From Octopus sinensis (taxonomy: Eukaryota): a DNA stretch of 64,000 bases. The position numbers and the translations under genes are program-made. Positions 21,647 through 34,261 of this stretch are shown here, piece by piece (position 1 is the stretch's first letter; each line of letters starts with the position of its first letter). The notes beneath the pieces were generated by a model. That model was not told the origin of the DNA. It worked only from the letters and a program-made list of their open reading frames with translations, and did not search any database. Location: NCBI RefSeq assembly GCF_006345805.1, contig NC_043007.1, forward strand, positions 51,894,001 through 51,958,000. Reading direction: 5' to 3'.

Positions 21647-23459
21647 TGTTTATATGTGTATATGTGTGTATGTGCGCGTGTGTGTGTGTTTTTCAATTTG
21701 GTAATTATAATTCTGGGTTACCTTTCTTCTAAGTGAACGCACAAGAATTGATAAACCCAAACTACAAAGGAAAACACTTCCCCAATTGTCAATTTTATAG
21801 TCTTCCCACTATTTACAGTAGCAGGTTTTTCTCTGTTCTAGAACTTTCAGTTTATTGTTTCGAGAAAAATACAACATAGTAATGCTAGAGGAATGGTTCG
21901 AACCTGAGTCATCTACTCGTTGGTCATGCATTTTCTTATAATGTATATAATGTATATTTTAAAACCAACTAGTCTCTCTATCCTTGCTAATATGTACAAA
22001 GAATCACTTGCTCTGGACATTCCTTCAATTTGGGGTTGATATATTGGTGCTAGTTCCAATTATAACGAGAACATGAATGCATTTTTGTCCCTAACTGAAA
22101 CTTTTCCTTTCCACCTGCACCATTAACTGCGGCGTAGTAAAAACAGTCATGCATACCTCAATTTACATCGGTTCTTTGTTCCAAGACATGCGATTTAACT
22201 CGATAAACAACGTAACACTAAAAAACCTTTTTATAATCTTATTAGCTTACATCTGTTAATAAATGGTTTGTACATATTTTCATATGTATTTCATTTGATT
22301 TTCCTCTTCAGTATTGTATTTTTTAGGTTGTTTTCTTTTTAACTTTTATGTTTTTAAGTAAGTTCGCTGAGACAAACGTAGAGTCGGATAAACCTACTGA
22401 AGTTGAGGTTTATTTTTTTAAAAACTAGATGTCAAGTCGAAAAAAACGTAATTCGAAACGACGTAATGCCTGTATATACAAAACCAAGAACCAGGCGTCC
22501 GTTTCCATCCTCATTTCATATGTAGCTGGATTAATTACACTTGAAGCGAAGGTGGAATGATCGCTGTTTTTAACTTAGAATTGTTCAACGAGGATTGACC
22601 TGAGCTAGATAGTAGTAACAACAACAAAAACAAAGAAAAACAGATGATGCCATAAGACATCAATCCAGACAAGAGTGAAATCAAGCTCTTCACAAACTCA
22701 AGAATCTTGTCCATGAGCTTGTATCGCCGAATCCAATGAAATGAGTGATCTAGATGTCCAATGAGTCCTTAAATTTAAAAAATTAGTAAATAGCGATACT
22801 TATCTTTAATATATAGTTAATTAATGGCTTCATCATCGTCACTATCATCAATATCATCGGCTGTATGGCAGTCATTACTACACCTATCTTTTGTTGTTTC
22901 TCTTTTTCTGTTTGTCTCCTCTTGTGGACGCCAATTTAATAACACTTTTCATACGGAATGAAGAAATAGATATACAGATATTTTAAAAACAGTTCAATTA
23001 TGACCATTCTCCATTCCTCATTTGAGAATACCACAACTCATTATAATCGTTCATGCTATCAATAATATTATTAGTATTGTTGTTGTTGTTGCTTTCTTCC
23101 ATTTCCTAAACTATTTTCTCCGACTTTTCACTTCTTTCTTCATCATCATCATTGTCATCACCATTATGGACGTAATTACTATCATCAGTATATCAATCCT
23201 GCTCCTACTATAATCCCTCTTACTCTTACTCGAGTTTCCGTTGTCGTGTCTTTCTATGGGTTGTTGATCAATTTTCTCTTTTCGCTTAATTTCACATCAA
23301 CTTCAAGTTACATCTTAAATCTGGTCGTCTGCTCATCCGATTACAAGTTAGTTCCTCATTACGTGTGTATGCGCGCGTACGAGTGTGTGCTTGTGTGCAC
23401 GCGCGTCCATACGCGTGTATATGTGTGTATACATGCACGCACGCGCGCAAACACACATA

Positions 23460-23496
<37 letters not shown>

Positions 23497-23638
23497 CACA
23501 CACACACACACTTACACACACACACACACAACACATTCATACTCACACTGGTTGCATATATACCATTAGAAGAAAACTTGCTATAGCCTTAATTATAAAC
23601 ATTAAATTCTGTAATGGTATATTTATATATATATATAT

Positions 23639-23694
<56 letters not shown>

Positions 23695-24576
23695 GCAGAC
23701 ATACACATACATATATACATACATACATTCATACATACATACAACATACATACATACATACAATGTATGTGTTTATATTCATATATTTCCTCATTCATCT
23801 TCGTTAAAGACCCAAACCAAACGTCCAAACGTCTTCATGCAATAAATTTCTCCTTATTCAGCTGTTGAACCATTTTCTTCTTATTTTTATTTTTGTCTTT
23901 TTTCTTGGGTAAATTTTATATTTTTTACTTAATTTTTTTTTATTAATTTTTCAGATTTCGGACGACAACAACAGCAACAACACAGAAAGGTTGGAATAGA
24001 CATCAGTTTAAGGTAATTAAATACGGAAGACATATTCTCAAAATTTGAAAGTTTTCCTCCTGTCTTAGTTAGTGTAGTGGTGGTGGTGGTGGTGGTGGCA
24101 ATGGTGGGGTGGTTTGCTTCCCTTATCATCCCTGAATGAGTAGGCATGATCAAAGATGTTCCAGCCGTGACTATTTAATCTTTTTTAGACGCAATGTTTC
24201 TAGGATTACATTATCAAATGTGCCTTTACTGTCTTAAAATTGTAGAGTTATACTTTGAGGGAGATTTGGTGGCTATTTTATATAACTGTCTCTGCTAGAA
24301 ATAACAAATCTCCCATAAATTACAACTCACTCTCTTCATAAAGGAAGTACATATTAGATATTGTGATCCAAGAAACACGTACATGCACAGGCACGCGCGC
24401 ACTCACACACGCACACACACACACACCACTCACACACGCACACACGCATATACACTCCAACCCCGTCATATATACATACATGCATGCATATTTAGATATA
24501 TATGAGTGTGTGTGTATGTATGTATATATATAAGACAAGGCATAAATAATGCTCATAGCATTCTTTCCTTTATTAT

Positions 24577-24800
24577 AGTTTGACTTACAGCTGTTTTCAG
24601 TAGTCATTATAGATTCGTTATTGATAGTTTTGCTCAATCTGACCTTTGATCGGTTGAGAATTAAACAAATATGACTCCGACGATAGTAGCAGTAACTTTT
24701 TTATGTCGTTGAATCTTTCTCAACCGATCAATGGGCCGATTGAGCAAACCTATCAGTAACAAACCTGTAACAACCACTGGAAACGGCAGCAAGTCAAACT
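24577..24800. mobile_element. Degenerate fold-back/MITE-like element (~85-bp arms)
   Basis: AGTTTGACTT...TTGATCGGTTGAGAA is mirrored by TTCTCAACCGATCAA...AAGTCAAACT. Confidence 0.65.
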
Positions 24801-24915
24801 TACAAAAATAATGAAAAGTATGTGAACACAATTATTTATACCTTGTCTTGTATGTCACTCTGTGTAAAAACCAGTGTAACTGGAGCACAACCATGGATTT
24901 ACAATATAGAATAGT

Positions 24916-26653
24916 GATGAACTATAACATGCGGAGTTCTTTATTAATCTAAGTAATGTAGTTAGCCTGGTGTACCAACAGTGAGCTTATAAAGTTTGTT
25001 GTGGGGGGGGGTTGATGAACTATAATATGCGGAGTTCTTTATTAATCTAAGTAATGTAGTTAGCCTGGTGTACCAACAGTGAACTTATAAAGTTTGTTGG
25101 GGGGGGGGGTTGATGAACTATATATGCGGAGTTCTTATTAATCTAAGTAATGTAGTTAGCCTGGTGTACCAACAGTGAACTTATAAAGTTTGTTGGGGGG
25201 GGGGGTTGATGAACTATAATATGCGGAGTTCTTTATTAATCTAAGTAATGTAGTTAGCCTGGTGTACCAACGTGAACTTATAAAGTTTGTTGGGGGGGGT
25301 TGATGAACTATAATATGCGAGTTCTTTATTAATCTAAGTAATGTAGTTAGCCTGGTGTACAACAGTGAACTTATAAAGTTTGTTGGGGTGGGGGTTGATG
25401 AACTATAATATGCAGAGTTCTTTATTAATCTAAGTAATGTAGTTAGCCTGGTGTACCAACAGTGAGCTTATAAAGTTTGTTGGGGGGGGGGGGGTTGATG
25501 AACTATAATATGCGGAGTTCTTTATTAATCTAAGTAATGTAGTTAACCTGGTGTACCAACAGTGAACTTATAAAGTTTGTTGGGGGGGGGGGTTGATGAA
25601 CTATAATATGCGGAGTTCTTTATTAATCTAAGTAATGTAGTTAGCCTGGTGTACCAACAGTGAGCTTATAAAGTTTGTTGGGGGGGTGATGAACTATAAT
25701 ATGCGGAGTTCTTTATTAATCTAAGTAATGTAGTTAGCCTGGTGTACCAACAGTGAGCTTATAAAGTTTGTTGGGGGGGGGGGTTGATGAACTATAATAT
25801 GCGGAGTTCTTTATTAATCTAAGTAATGTAGTTAGCCTGGTGTACCAACAGTGAGCTTATAAAGTTTGCTGGGGTGGGGTTGATGAACTATAATATGCGG
25901 AGTTCTTTATTAATCTAAGTAATGTAGTTAGCTGGTGTACCACAGTGAGCTTATAAAGTTTGTTGGGGGGGGGGGTTGATGAACTATAATATGCGGGGTT
26001 CTTTATTAATCTAAGTAATGTAGTTAGCCTTGTGTACCAACAGTGAGCTTATAAAGTTTGTTGGGGGAGGGGGTTGATGAACTATAATATGCGGAGTTCT
26101 TTATTAATCTAAGTAATGTAGTTAGCCTGGTGTACCAACAGTGAGCTTATAAAGTTTGTTGGGGAGGGGGGTTGATGAACTATAATATGCGGAGTTCTTT
26201 ATTAATCTAAGTAATGTAGTTAGCCTGGTGTACCAATAGTGAGCTTATAAAGTTTGTGGGGGGGGGGTTGATGAACTATATATGCGGAGTTCTTTATTAT
26301 CTAAGTAATGTAGTTAGCCTGGTGTACCAACAGTGAGCTTATAATGTTTGTTGGGGGGGGGGGTTGATGAACTTATCATATGCGGAGTTCTTTATTAATC
26401 TAAGTAATGTAGTTAGCCTGGTGTACCAACAGTGAGCTTATAAAGTTTGTTGGGGGGGGGGGTTGATGAACTATAATATGCGGAGTTCTTTATTAATCTA
26501 AGTAATGTAGTTAGCCTGGTGTACCAACAGTCAGCTTTTAATGTTTGTTGGGGGGGGTTGATGAACTATAATATGCGGAGTTCTTTATTAATCTAAGTAA
26601 TGTAGTTAGCCTGGTGTACCAACAGTGAGCTTATAAAGTTTGTTGGGGGGGGG
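24916..26653. repeat. ~97-bp satellite, 18 near-identical units each ending in a variable G-run
   Basis: Unit GATGAACTATAATATGCGGAGTTCTTTATTAATCTAAGTAATGTAGTTAGCCTGGTGTACCAACAGTGAGCTTATAAAGTTTGTTG(n)TT, counted 18 times. Confidence 0.97.
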
Positions 26654-26662
26654 TCAGTAAAA

Positions 26663-28897
26663 GAACTTATTTTTTATTCACCATAAAAGGGTAATACACA
26701 GAAGGGATAATACAGGACAGAAAAAACATGGGGGTCAAAATAGCGTATGGATAATGAAAGAGTGGAAATGATGAAAATGAAGTGATGGACACGGAGACCC
26801 CACAAACCACGTATCATCACTGATCTTCTTTTAGAATCACTAGTAATTACGTTCAAGTGATCTCACACATGTAACATGGCATACACTTTTCATTCACAAA
26901 TCAGGATAGACTAAATGGGTTGGAGCAACATATGATTAGATGACACGCAACATTGAGGAAAAAAGAAAATCTTTTGATCTTTTAGGATCACTGGCACTCA
27001 CATTCAATCATCTCATTTACACATATAGCAAGCCATACACTCATCATTCAGGCCAGACAAAATGGGTTGAAGCAACATGATTAAATAACGTGTAACAGTC
27101 GATGAAAACGAACATTACATTGTCTTTTGTGTTCGCTGGTGTTCGGGTGTGGAGGGGCTAATTATGGAGTAACACATGAATTTCTGTATGAATGATTAGC
27201 TAGGGTGGTTTATTTTTCCCCGATGTTGCTGACGGTAATATGTCTTGTGTGAATGGATTATATGTGGCTTTGTTTGGGAAAAATGAGTAGGATGTTTATG
27301 TTTTGTGTGTGTATGGTGTGAATGCCGGTTTTTGGTTGTCTTTGCTTTTGATGGCTTCTTTGTTTAGGGTAACTGAGTAGGTTGTTTGTGGTTTATGTGT
27401 GTATGTTGTGGATGCGTGCTTTTGGTTGTCTTTGGTGGTCTTTTTTAAGGGTGCGCGGGGGTGCCTTTCACATTTTGTCTCTTTTTGACCATTGTCCATC
27501 CGTCGTCCCTCTCCTCGAACAAGGTTGGTGGTGGTTCCTTTGGGGTGTCGCTCTTGGGGTTCTCTGCTTCCCTTTGCGGAACTTTTGATGTATACTTTAT
27601 CGTGGTGTTGGTCGACTTCTTTTTTCTTTCAGACTGTCAGTTTGTGGTGGGCTAATAGGGTGTTCCATCGTGGCGTTGGTCGACTTCTTTTTTCCTTCGA
27701 GCTGGCAGCCTTTGGTGGGTTGGTGAGTTATTTCTTGTCTTTCTTCGGGTCGTCAGTTTGTGTTGGCTTGATGGGTTGTTTCGTTGCGGTTCTGGTTGGC
27801 GCCCCCTTGTTTAGCTTCGGGTCGTCAGACTGTGGGTTGCTGGGTGGAAGGGGTACTTCTGATAGTAGGACTTGTGGGCACGTGGGTTTTATGTGGCATT
27901 TTTGCCCACACTTAAAGCATCTTGGACTTCTTCCCTCCACCACGATTCTTATTGTGGTCTCGTCCGGAAGCATTATTTGCTCTGGTATTTCTTCTAAGTT
28001 TTTCTGGTCGGCCTGGATTATTAACTCCAGACCTTGGCCCCACCAGTTCTGCTGGTGTAGTCTAATGGCCTGAAGAATAGTGGCTCTATCCTCCAGGCTC
28101 AACGGTACGGCTGTCACTAGCCACACCGCATCTATTTCTGGTAGGACCTCCCCTATCCTTATTTTCGATGTTCGCCTTCCAAGGTAAGTCAACAGTAACG
28201 CCAGATCTGTCGACTTTAAGGGTGACATAATGTTCTTTTGCCTCCTCTTCGGAAGCGAATCTCATCTTGACTGAGCTGAAGCGCCTTCCTCTATTTACGT
28301 ATTTTATGTCGCGCCAAATTGGAAGTAGGTACTTTTCGATGGCATCTAAGGATGCCATCTCTATCCTTTTTGTTACCAGGGACAGCGTTTTGTAAACTAT
28401 TGTTTTGCGTTTTATGTTGTATATCACTTCTTCTGGGAGAGTCAGCTTCATGTTCGCTCCTTCCCTGTATAAAAGCAATATTTTTTGAACTCGCCCGGGC
28501 CAACTTGCACTGTTTGGCTAGTGACTTTGGCCACAGACGCGTAGTTCGTTTTTTTTTTACCATTCTGTGTTTCAATTCAGAGGTCGATTTATCTTTCTCT
28601 GGTATGTTTTTCTCTTCTTTCGTTTGGCAAAATGGTAGAGAGGGTAACATTTGTTCGCACAATTCTTCCAAAAAGTATTCTGGAATTACATATTGGGAGA
28701 CATCAACTGTCATGTTGTACTGATTGTGTTAAACATTTTCCACAAAGGGGTAATTTGCACAAAAACGAACCTGCTAAAGCAAGCAATGTGTTCAAAAGAC
28801 AGAAAACAGCAAAAGTTGTATAACAGTTCAAAAACCGACGGTAATCCTAAAAGGGAAAACCTACAATTAAACGAAAGCAGCAGTAAAACACGTCTAT
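26663..28897 (-). mobile_element. ORF1-only Tx1-derived element (HAL1-like) with a candidate 9-bp TSD
   Basis: Frameshifted ORF1 colinear with 3596-4669 (RGRRFSSVKMRF, TYLGRRTSKIRIGEV, VEGRSPRCFKCGQKCHIKPTCP); no ORF2 motifs; AATAAA at the 3' end; TCAGTAAAA at 26654-26662 and 28898-28906. Confidence 0.7.
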
Positions 28898-28963
28898 TCA
28901 GTAAAAAAAAACAGCTTACAAAGTATTATCTCCGGATTGATTATCCTTCGCTAATAACTATAT

Positions 28964-28998
<35 letters not shown>

Positions 28999-29183
28999 CT
29001 ACAAAATTAGAGAATGGAGAAACATACTTAAATCAATATAACATCAACTATCAGATGATACCCAATCAATACTTTAATACACCATTACATATCAGTAAAG
29101 GCATTATACAAAATATACAGTAAGAGTAAATAGACAAAGAGATATAAGTATAAAATTTCAAATATAATATGTAATTAAATCAA

Positions 29184-29295
29184 ATCTGACAGCTGTTTCG
29201 GCAGTGAGGGCAGTCATACCTCATTTAACCTATAAGCCATAAAGGCAGGTATAAATGAGGCATTAACAAGGATGCCCCACGGCCTCTTCAGAGAA
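29184..29295 (-). ncRNA. Type I hammerhead ribozyme (inverted pseudo-LTR copy)
   Basis: Reverse complement of 33749-33860. Confidence 0.82.
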
Positions 29296-29377
29296 TTAAA
29301 TTTGTTATAATTGTGAAAAAGATTATTTAACCATATACATATAAATATAAAAATATAAAAATGTAAAATATAAAAAC

Positions 29378-31743
29378 CAAGAAATACAAAGTAGTACCTT
29401 CTAGTACACTTAGAAAACTGAACCTGGAGATCAGAGAAATTATATTTGACTACTACCTAGAAGAAAAAAACGGAACCTTACACCCCAACTAGACCGAGAA
29501 TTACACTAAAGGATCATAAAGAGAACTTTCTTGGAAACACACAGGTCAGATTAATTTGCCCCACTAAATCTGACTTAGGCAGACTAAGCAAACTCATTCT
29601 AGACAAATATCTACCCACCATCCGCAGTAAAATCAAACTAAACCTTTGGAAGAATACTCAGGGTGCTTTGGATTGGTTTTCTGCCATTAAGGTCTGTGAC
29701 AATAACAACTTTAGCTATAATAGAAATAAATTCATCCAATTTGATATACAGAATTATTACACTTCCATTAACCCTATTATATTAAATAAGTCCTTAATTT
29801 TTGCTAGAAAACACACTAAATTAAGTATGGGGGAGATTAAGGTTATATTAACAGCCAGGAAAACTTTAATAGAGTTTGATAATAAACTTTGGGCTAGAAA
29901 GAACACACCCAACTTGTTCGATATCACAATGGGATCGCCGGACTCGGCGGAGGTGACTGATCTAGTTGGGATGTATCTATTAGATAACTTTAGTAGGGAA
30001 TTCCCTGAATTAAAAGGTGGATTATACAGGGATGACGCCTTATTTTGTGTTAAGAATACATCTAATAGGGGATTAGATCTTCTGAAAAAAAGAATAAATA
30101 AATTTTTTAAAAGTTTCGGCCTATCCATTATCATTGAAAGTGAAAATTATTCTGCTAATTATTTAGATGTTAATTGTAACATTACTAATGGTTTACATGA
30201 ACCCTATATTAAACCTAATTCTAACCTAATATATATTAACCGTTCAAGTAATCAACCCCCTCAAATTAAAAATGCACTAGTGCGTAGCATTAGTCAGAGA
30301 ATTTCTAGTTTATCCTCTAACGAGGAAATTTTTAACAAGCATTGTGATAGATACAATGCAGCATTGCTTAAGGCAGGATACAAAAGTAAGATATGGTTTA
30401 TACCTAAGGGGAACCCTCCTAATGGAGGTAGAACTATCAGGAACAACACCAATAGATTTAGGATAAACAACAATATACATAAGAATAGTAAAAATAGAAT
30501 TTATGATAACACCTATAATAAATGTAGAAGTGATGTTAACCTCGGAAAGGTGAACGGTAGCTCAAATAGATCTGAGCATACGGGTAATAGTAGTAATATT
30601 AATAATAATATACATATTAAAACTTATGGTAGACATGATAATGGTAAAGTTTACTTGCGCAATAACCATGGGAATATTGATATAGATAGATATAACAATG
30701 ACAGTGGTAAGAATAGTAATCCTATGGGTTGGTCTAGGAATAGGATTTTTACAAATAACAATAATTCTATAGGCAATCCTAATTCTGATAAGGATACACT
30801 CTGGTTGATTATCCCATATGCAATGCAGATTAAAACAAACATAGTGAGAGCTTTGCATAATGTTATATTTAGGCATTTTGGTAAGGATAAGAATAAATTT
30901 AGTCCTTTAATTAACAACGGTACTGTTAGAGTGGGATATAGCATTACTCATAATCTAACCACCATTATCTCCTCTTTTAATAACAGGAAACTGGATCACT
31001 TCTATAAGGATAGAAAATTGAATTTAGACAATGGAAATTTGCTCCTCTTTAATAATAATAGGAACAGAAACTTTCTTGGAACGAATGTGAACAACCCCCT
31101 TACTAATAATGAGTGCACCGTACCTGTTAGAGATAATATAAATGTAATAGATCATACTACTACTACCAATACTAGTACTAGTGATAGGAATATAGCCAAT
31201 AATGTGAAATTAACTCATTCGTTGATTTTGGGTTTGGATGATGATAACAATTGTAACACTTATAATGTGAATGGTAGTATAGGGGTGGGGACCAATCTTA
31301 GATTACCTCATTCTGTTAATCTTTGTAATTTCAGAAACAGAAATAAATGTGTGTTTTGTAATCAATGCCTCAGGAAGGAGGTAGTTTACCAATGCACTGT
31401 AGATACACAATTGAGTAGTAGGGTGTACATCGGGGCAACTATGAATAGCATAAAACAAAGATTGAATTATCACAGATATACTTTTAGAAATAAAAATAGA
31501 ATGTACTCTACAGGGCTAAGTGCATACATTTGGGAACTTAAAAGTAAGAACTTAGATTTTAGATTAAACTGGAAAATACTAACTTCAGCACCTGTGTATA
31601 ATGGAAAAAATAAAAAATGCTCTCTATGTATTAATGAAATTTTTTTCATTATTAAAGCGGGTCGGCAAATTATTAACAACATAAATGAAAAAAACTTCTT
31701 TTGCATTCATAGGCTACCGTTCACCTTTTCTAGATTCAAATAG
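29378..31743 (+). CDS. Penelope-type reverse transcriptase + GIY-YIG endonuclease (open from 29461; one frameshift in an A-run near 29465)
   Basis: ITLKDHKENF..RLICPTKSDLG, FDIQNYYTSI, MGSPDSAEV, LYRDD, NYLDV, CNFRNRNKCVFCNQC, VVYQC..VYIGAT...KQRLNYH, CSLCINE. Confidence 0.92.
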
Positions 31744-33374
31744 AACTTAGCACTTCCACTATTAATAATTTTTTAACTCCCTTCTTTAACTAACTATACC
31801 TGTGGTCTTCTATAATTCTAAAGTATGCAACTTATAAATTTATAATTTTATAATTTTTATAGCTACATTTGTATAATAATAATAGATGTGTCTAGTATTA
31901 TTTGTTTCTTGTTTTTTTATATGTGGGTTTTTATTTGTTTTTTAAGGGAAATGCAATATGACATGAAATAACATATTCATTTTGGTATTTGCCTTGTAAT
32001 ATGTGATTTTTGAAGTTTTCCAATATTGCATAGTATATATGTATATCCTGGTTAGATACCTAGCTCTAGATAATGTAATGATATTGTATAATATGTAATA
32101 TATGAGAGCCTTTTATGAGTTTGGTGTGTTTAGGTTGAGAATATAGGTTTTTTGTATGTGTTTATTTGGCAGGTTTATATTGTATATTTGGTCTTTTTTT
32201 GTACTCACCTTAATTTGTATCTTATGCTATTTACTAATAAACCTTTTTCATTTTTTTCATTTACATACATTTGGCTTTATAAATATTACCAGCCTTATAT
32301 ATTTAGTTTATATCTATAGTCCTCTGGATCTGTACTTTAAATTATCCTTCCATACATATTTACTTTCATCAATATAACATATATATTCAATTTATTTATT
32401 TTTTTATTTTATTTTAATGTTATCAATCTCTGCATTTAGTCTTCTAATTATTTATTTATTTGCTTATTTAAGTGTAGATTTTTACATACATATCAAGTCA
32501 TCTAATTTGTTATCTATTTATTTTTTACTTATTTACTTATACTAGTGTAGTTTTATACATACATATCTATCATTTATTTTTATTTTATTTTAATAATATA
32601 TGAATACATATATACTGGTTTGTACTTATAATATGTGTATAACCGTATTTATTCCTTCGTATTTATTCCTTCTTATTTATTTTATCACATTTTATCTTAA
32701 GTATTTATAATATAAATTTTTTAAAATTTCTGTGATGTTCTCATATGCGTTTGCATTAGTACTTCCCCTTCTATTATTAATGCCTAAATGGTATATTATG
32801 GCATTAAATTTATTAAGTAAATAAGAGATTTATTTATAATATATAATTAATATATATTTTATATTTTATAACTTAGCGTACTTGGAATCATAACAAACTT
32901 ACGGTAAATCTAACAACCGTATGTTTACTATGCAACAAACCGGTGTTATAAATTTTAAGTTACCCAACTGATATTTAAAAATATATTTCTATCTTTAAAT
33001 TAAATATTTTATGAAATGCATGAGTGGATCATTTTCGTTATTTGAGGCATAGTCATAATTTTGAAGGACTAAATGGCAGCATAGTTGCTTCCCTTTTTGT
33101 TTATCTATGTGCTAGTTGTTGCTTGTGGTTATGTATGTGTATAAGTGTATGTGTATACATATAATTATGTGTGTATGTGCGATTGATCTGTAGATGCGCG
33201 TGTGAATATTGGCGTTCCTTGACTAACCAACCGTATAATTTCTTTTGTGATTTAAATTTCAAACCAATAGCCAATCGAATTAATCTAAATTATCATTACC
33301 TAGTGGTCAGTATTTCTTAACTCATAGTTATTTCGATCTTGAAAGGATGGACTTGGTGCAAACATAACTGTATC

Positions 33375-33417
<43 letters not shown>

Positions 33418-33748
33418 ATTAATAGTAATTTGTATTAACTTTTATAGCTTTATAATTTTATGAACTGAACCATGGTTTTAATTATTATTTTTCATCTCCC
33501 TATGTGTTAGTTTTTTTTTTAAAACTATTAGCCAAATATGTATAATATCGGTGCTTATTAATATTAATATATACACTGATATATATTTTGTTTTATTTTG
33601 TTCTGTTTACCTTCCATTATTGTACCAATGAGTATTATATTATATAAGTGTAGCATTATGAAGTTTATGTATAAGTTTTTATATTTTACATTTTTATATT
33701 TATATGTATATGGTTAAATAATCTTTTTCACAATTATAACAAATTTAA

Positions 33749-33860
33749 TTCTCTGAAGAGGCCGTGGGGCATCCTTGTTAATGCCTCATTTATACCTGCC
33801 TTTATGGCTTATAGGTTAAATGAGGTATGACTGCCCTCACTGCCGAAACAGCTGTCAGAT
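33749..33860 (+). ncRNA. Type I hammerhead ribozyme with a long extended stem II
   Basis: TCT-CTGAAGA-GGCCGTGGGGCA...ATGCCTCATTTA..GCC-tttat-GGC..TAAATGAGGTAT...TGCCCTCACTGCC-GAAA-CAGCTG-TC-AGA; palindromic stem III ACAGCTGT; GUC cleavage after 33856. Confidence 0.85.
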
Positions 33861-34218
33861 TTGATTTAATTACATATTATATTTGAAATTTTATACTTAT
33901 ATCTCTTTGTCTATTTACTCTTACTGTATATTTTGTATAATGCCTTTACTGATATGTAATGGTGTATTAAAGTATTGATTGGGTATCATCTGATAGTTGA
34001 TGTTTTATTGATTTAAGTATGTTTCTCCATTCTCTAATTTTGTAGTATTAATTTACGGTAATATTATTACCTTTACCCATATAATACAATTGATGAACTG
34101 ATTGTTTGGCAATTTTTAATATCTATGTATTAGTCTTGTTGGGTACCTATCTAGCAGTATATTGGATATATATTATCCCATGGTGGGTTTAATTTTCAAC
34201 CCCTATCTCATTTTATAA

Positions 34219-34261
<43 letters not shown>

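Larger units (their letters stand above)
28997..34047 (+). mobile_element. Penelope-like element (Naiad-like) with an inverted 5' copy of its 3' pseudo-LTR
   Basis: 28997-29377 is the near-identical reverse complement of 33675-34047; RT-GIY-YIG ORF in between; HHR in both repeats. Confidence 0.92.

Noticed and set aside
24916-26653. Regular array resembling CRISPR, or a ribozyme repeat (TTGATGA-ACT...AGT)
   Set aside because: Units are identical with no unique spacers, in eukaryotic context. The TTGATGA motif is followed by TCTT rather than GAAA, so there is no hammerhead.
29461-33700. Selenoprotein-type Naiad (in-frame UGA plus SECIS)
   Set aside because: The ORF has no in-frame TGA, and I could not identify a convincing SECIS by eye.
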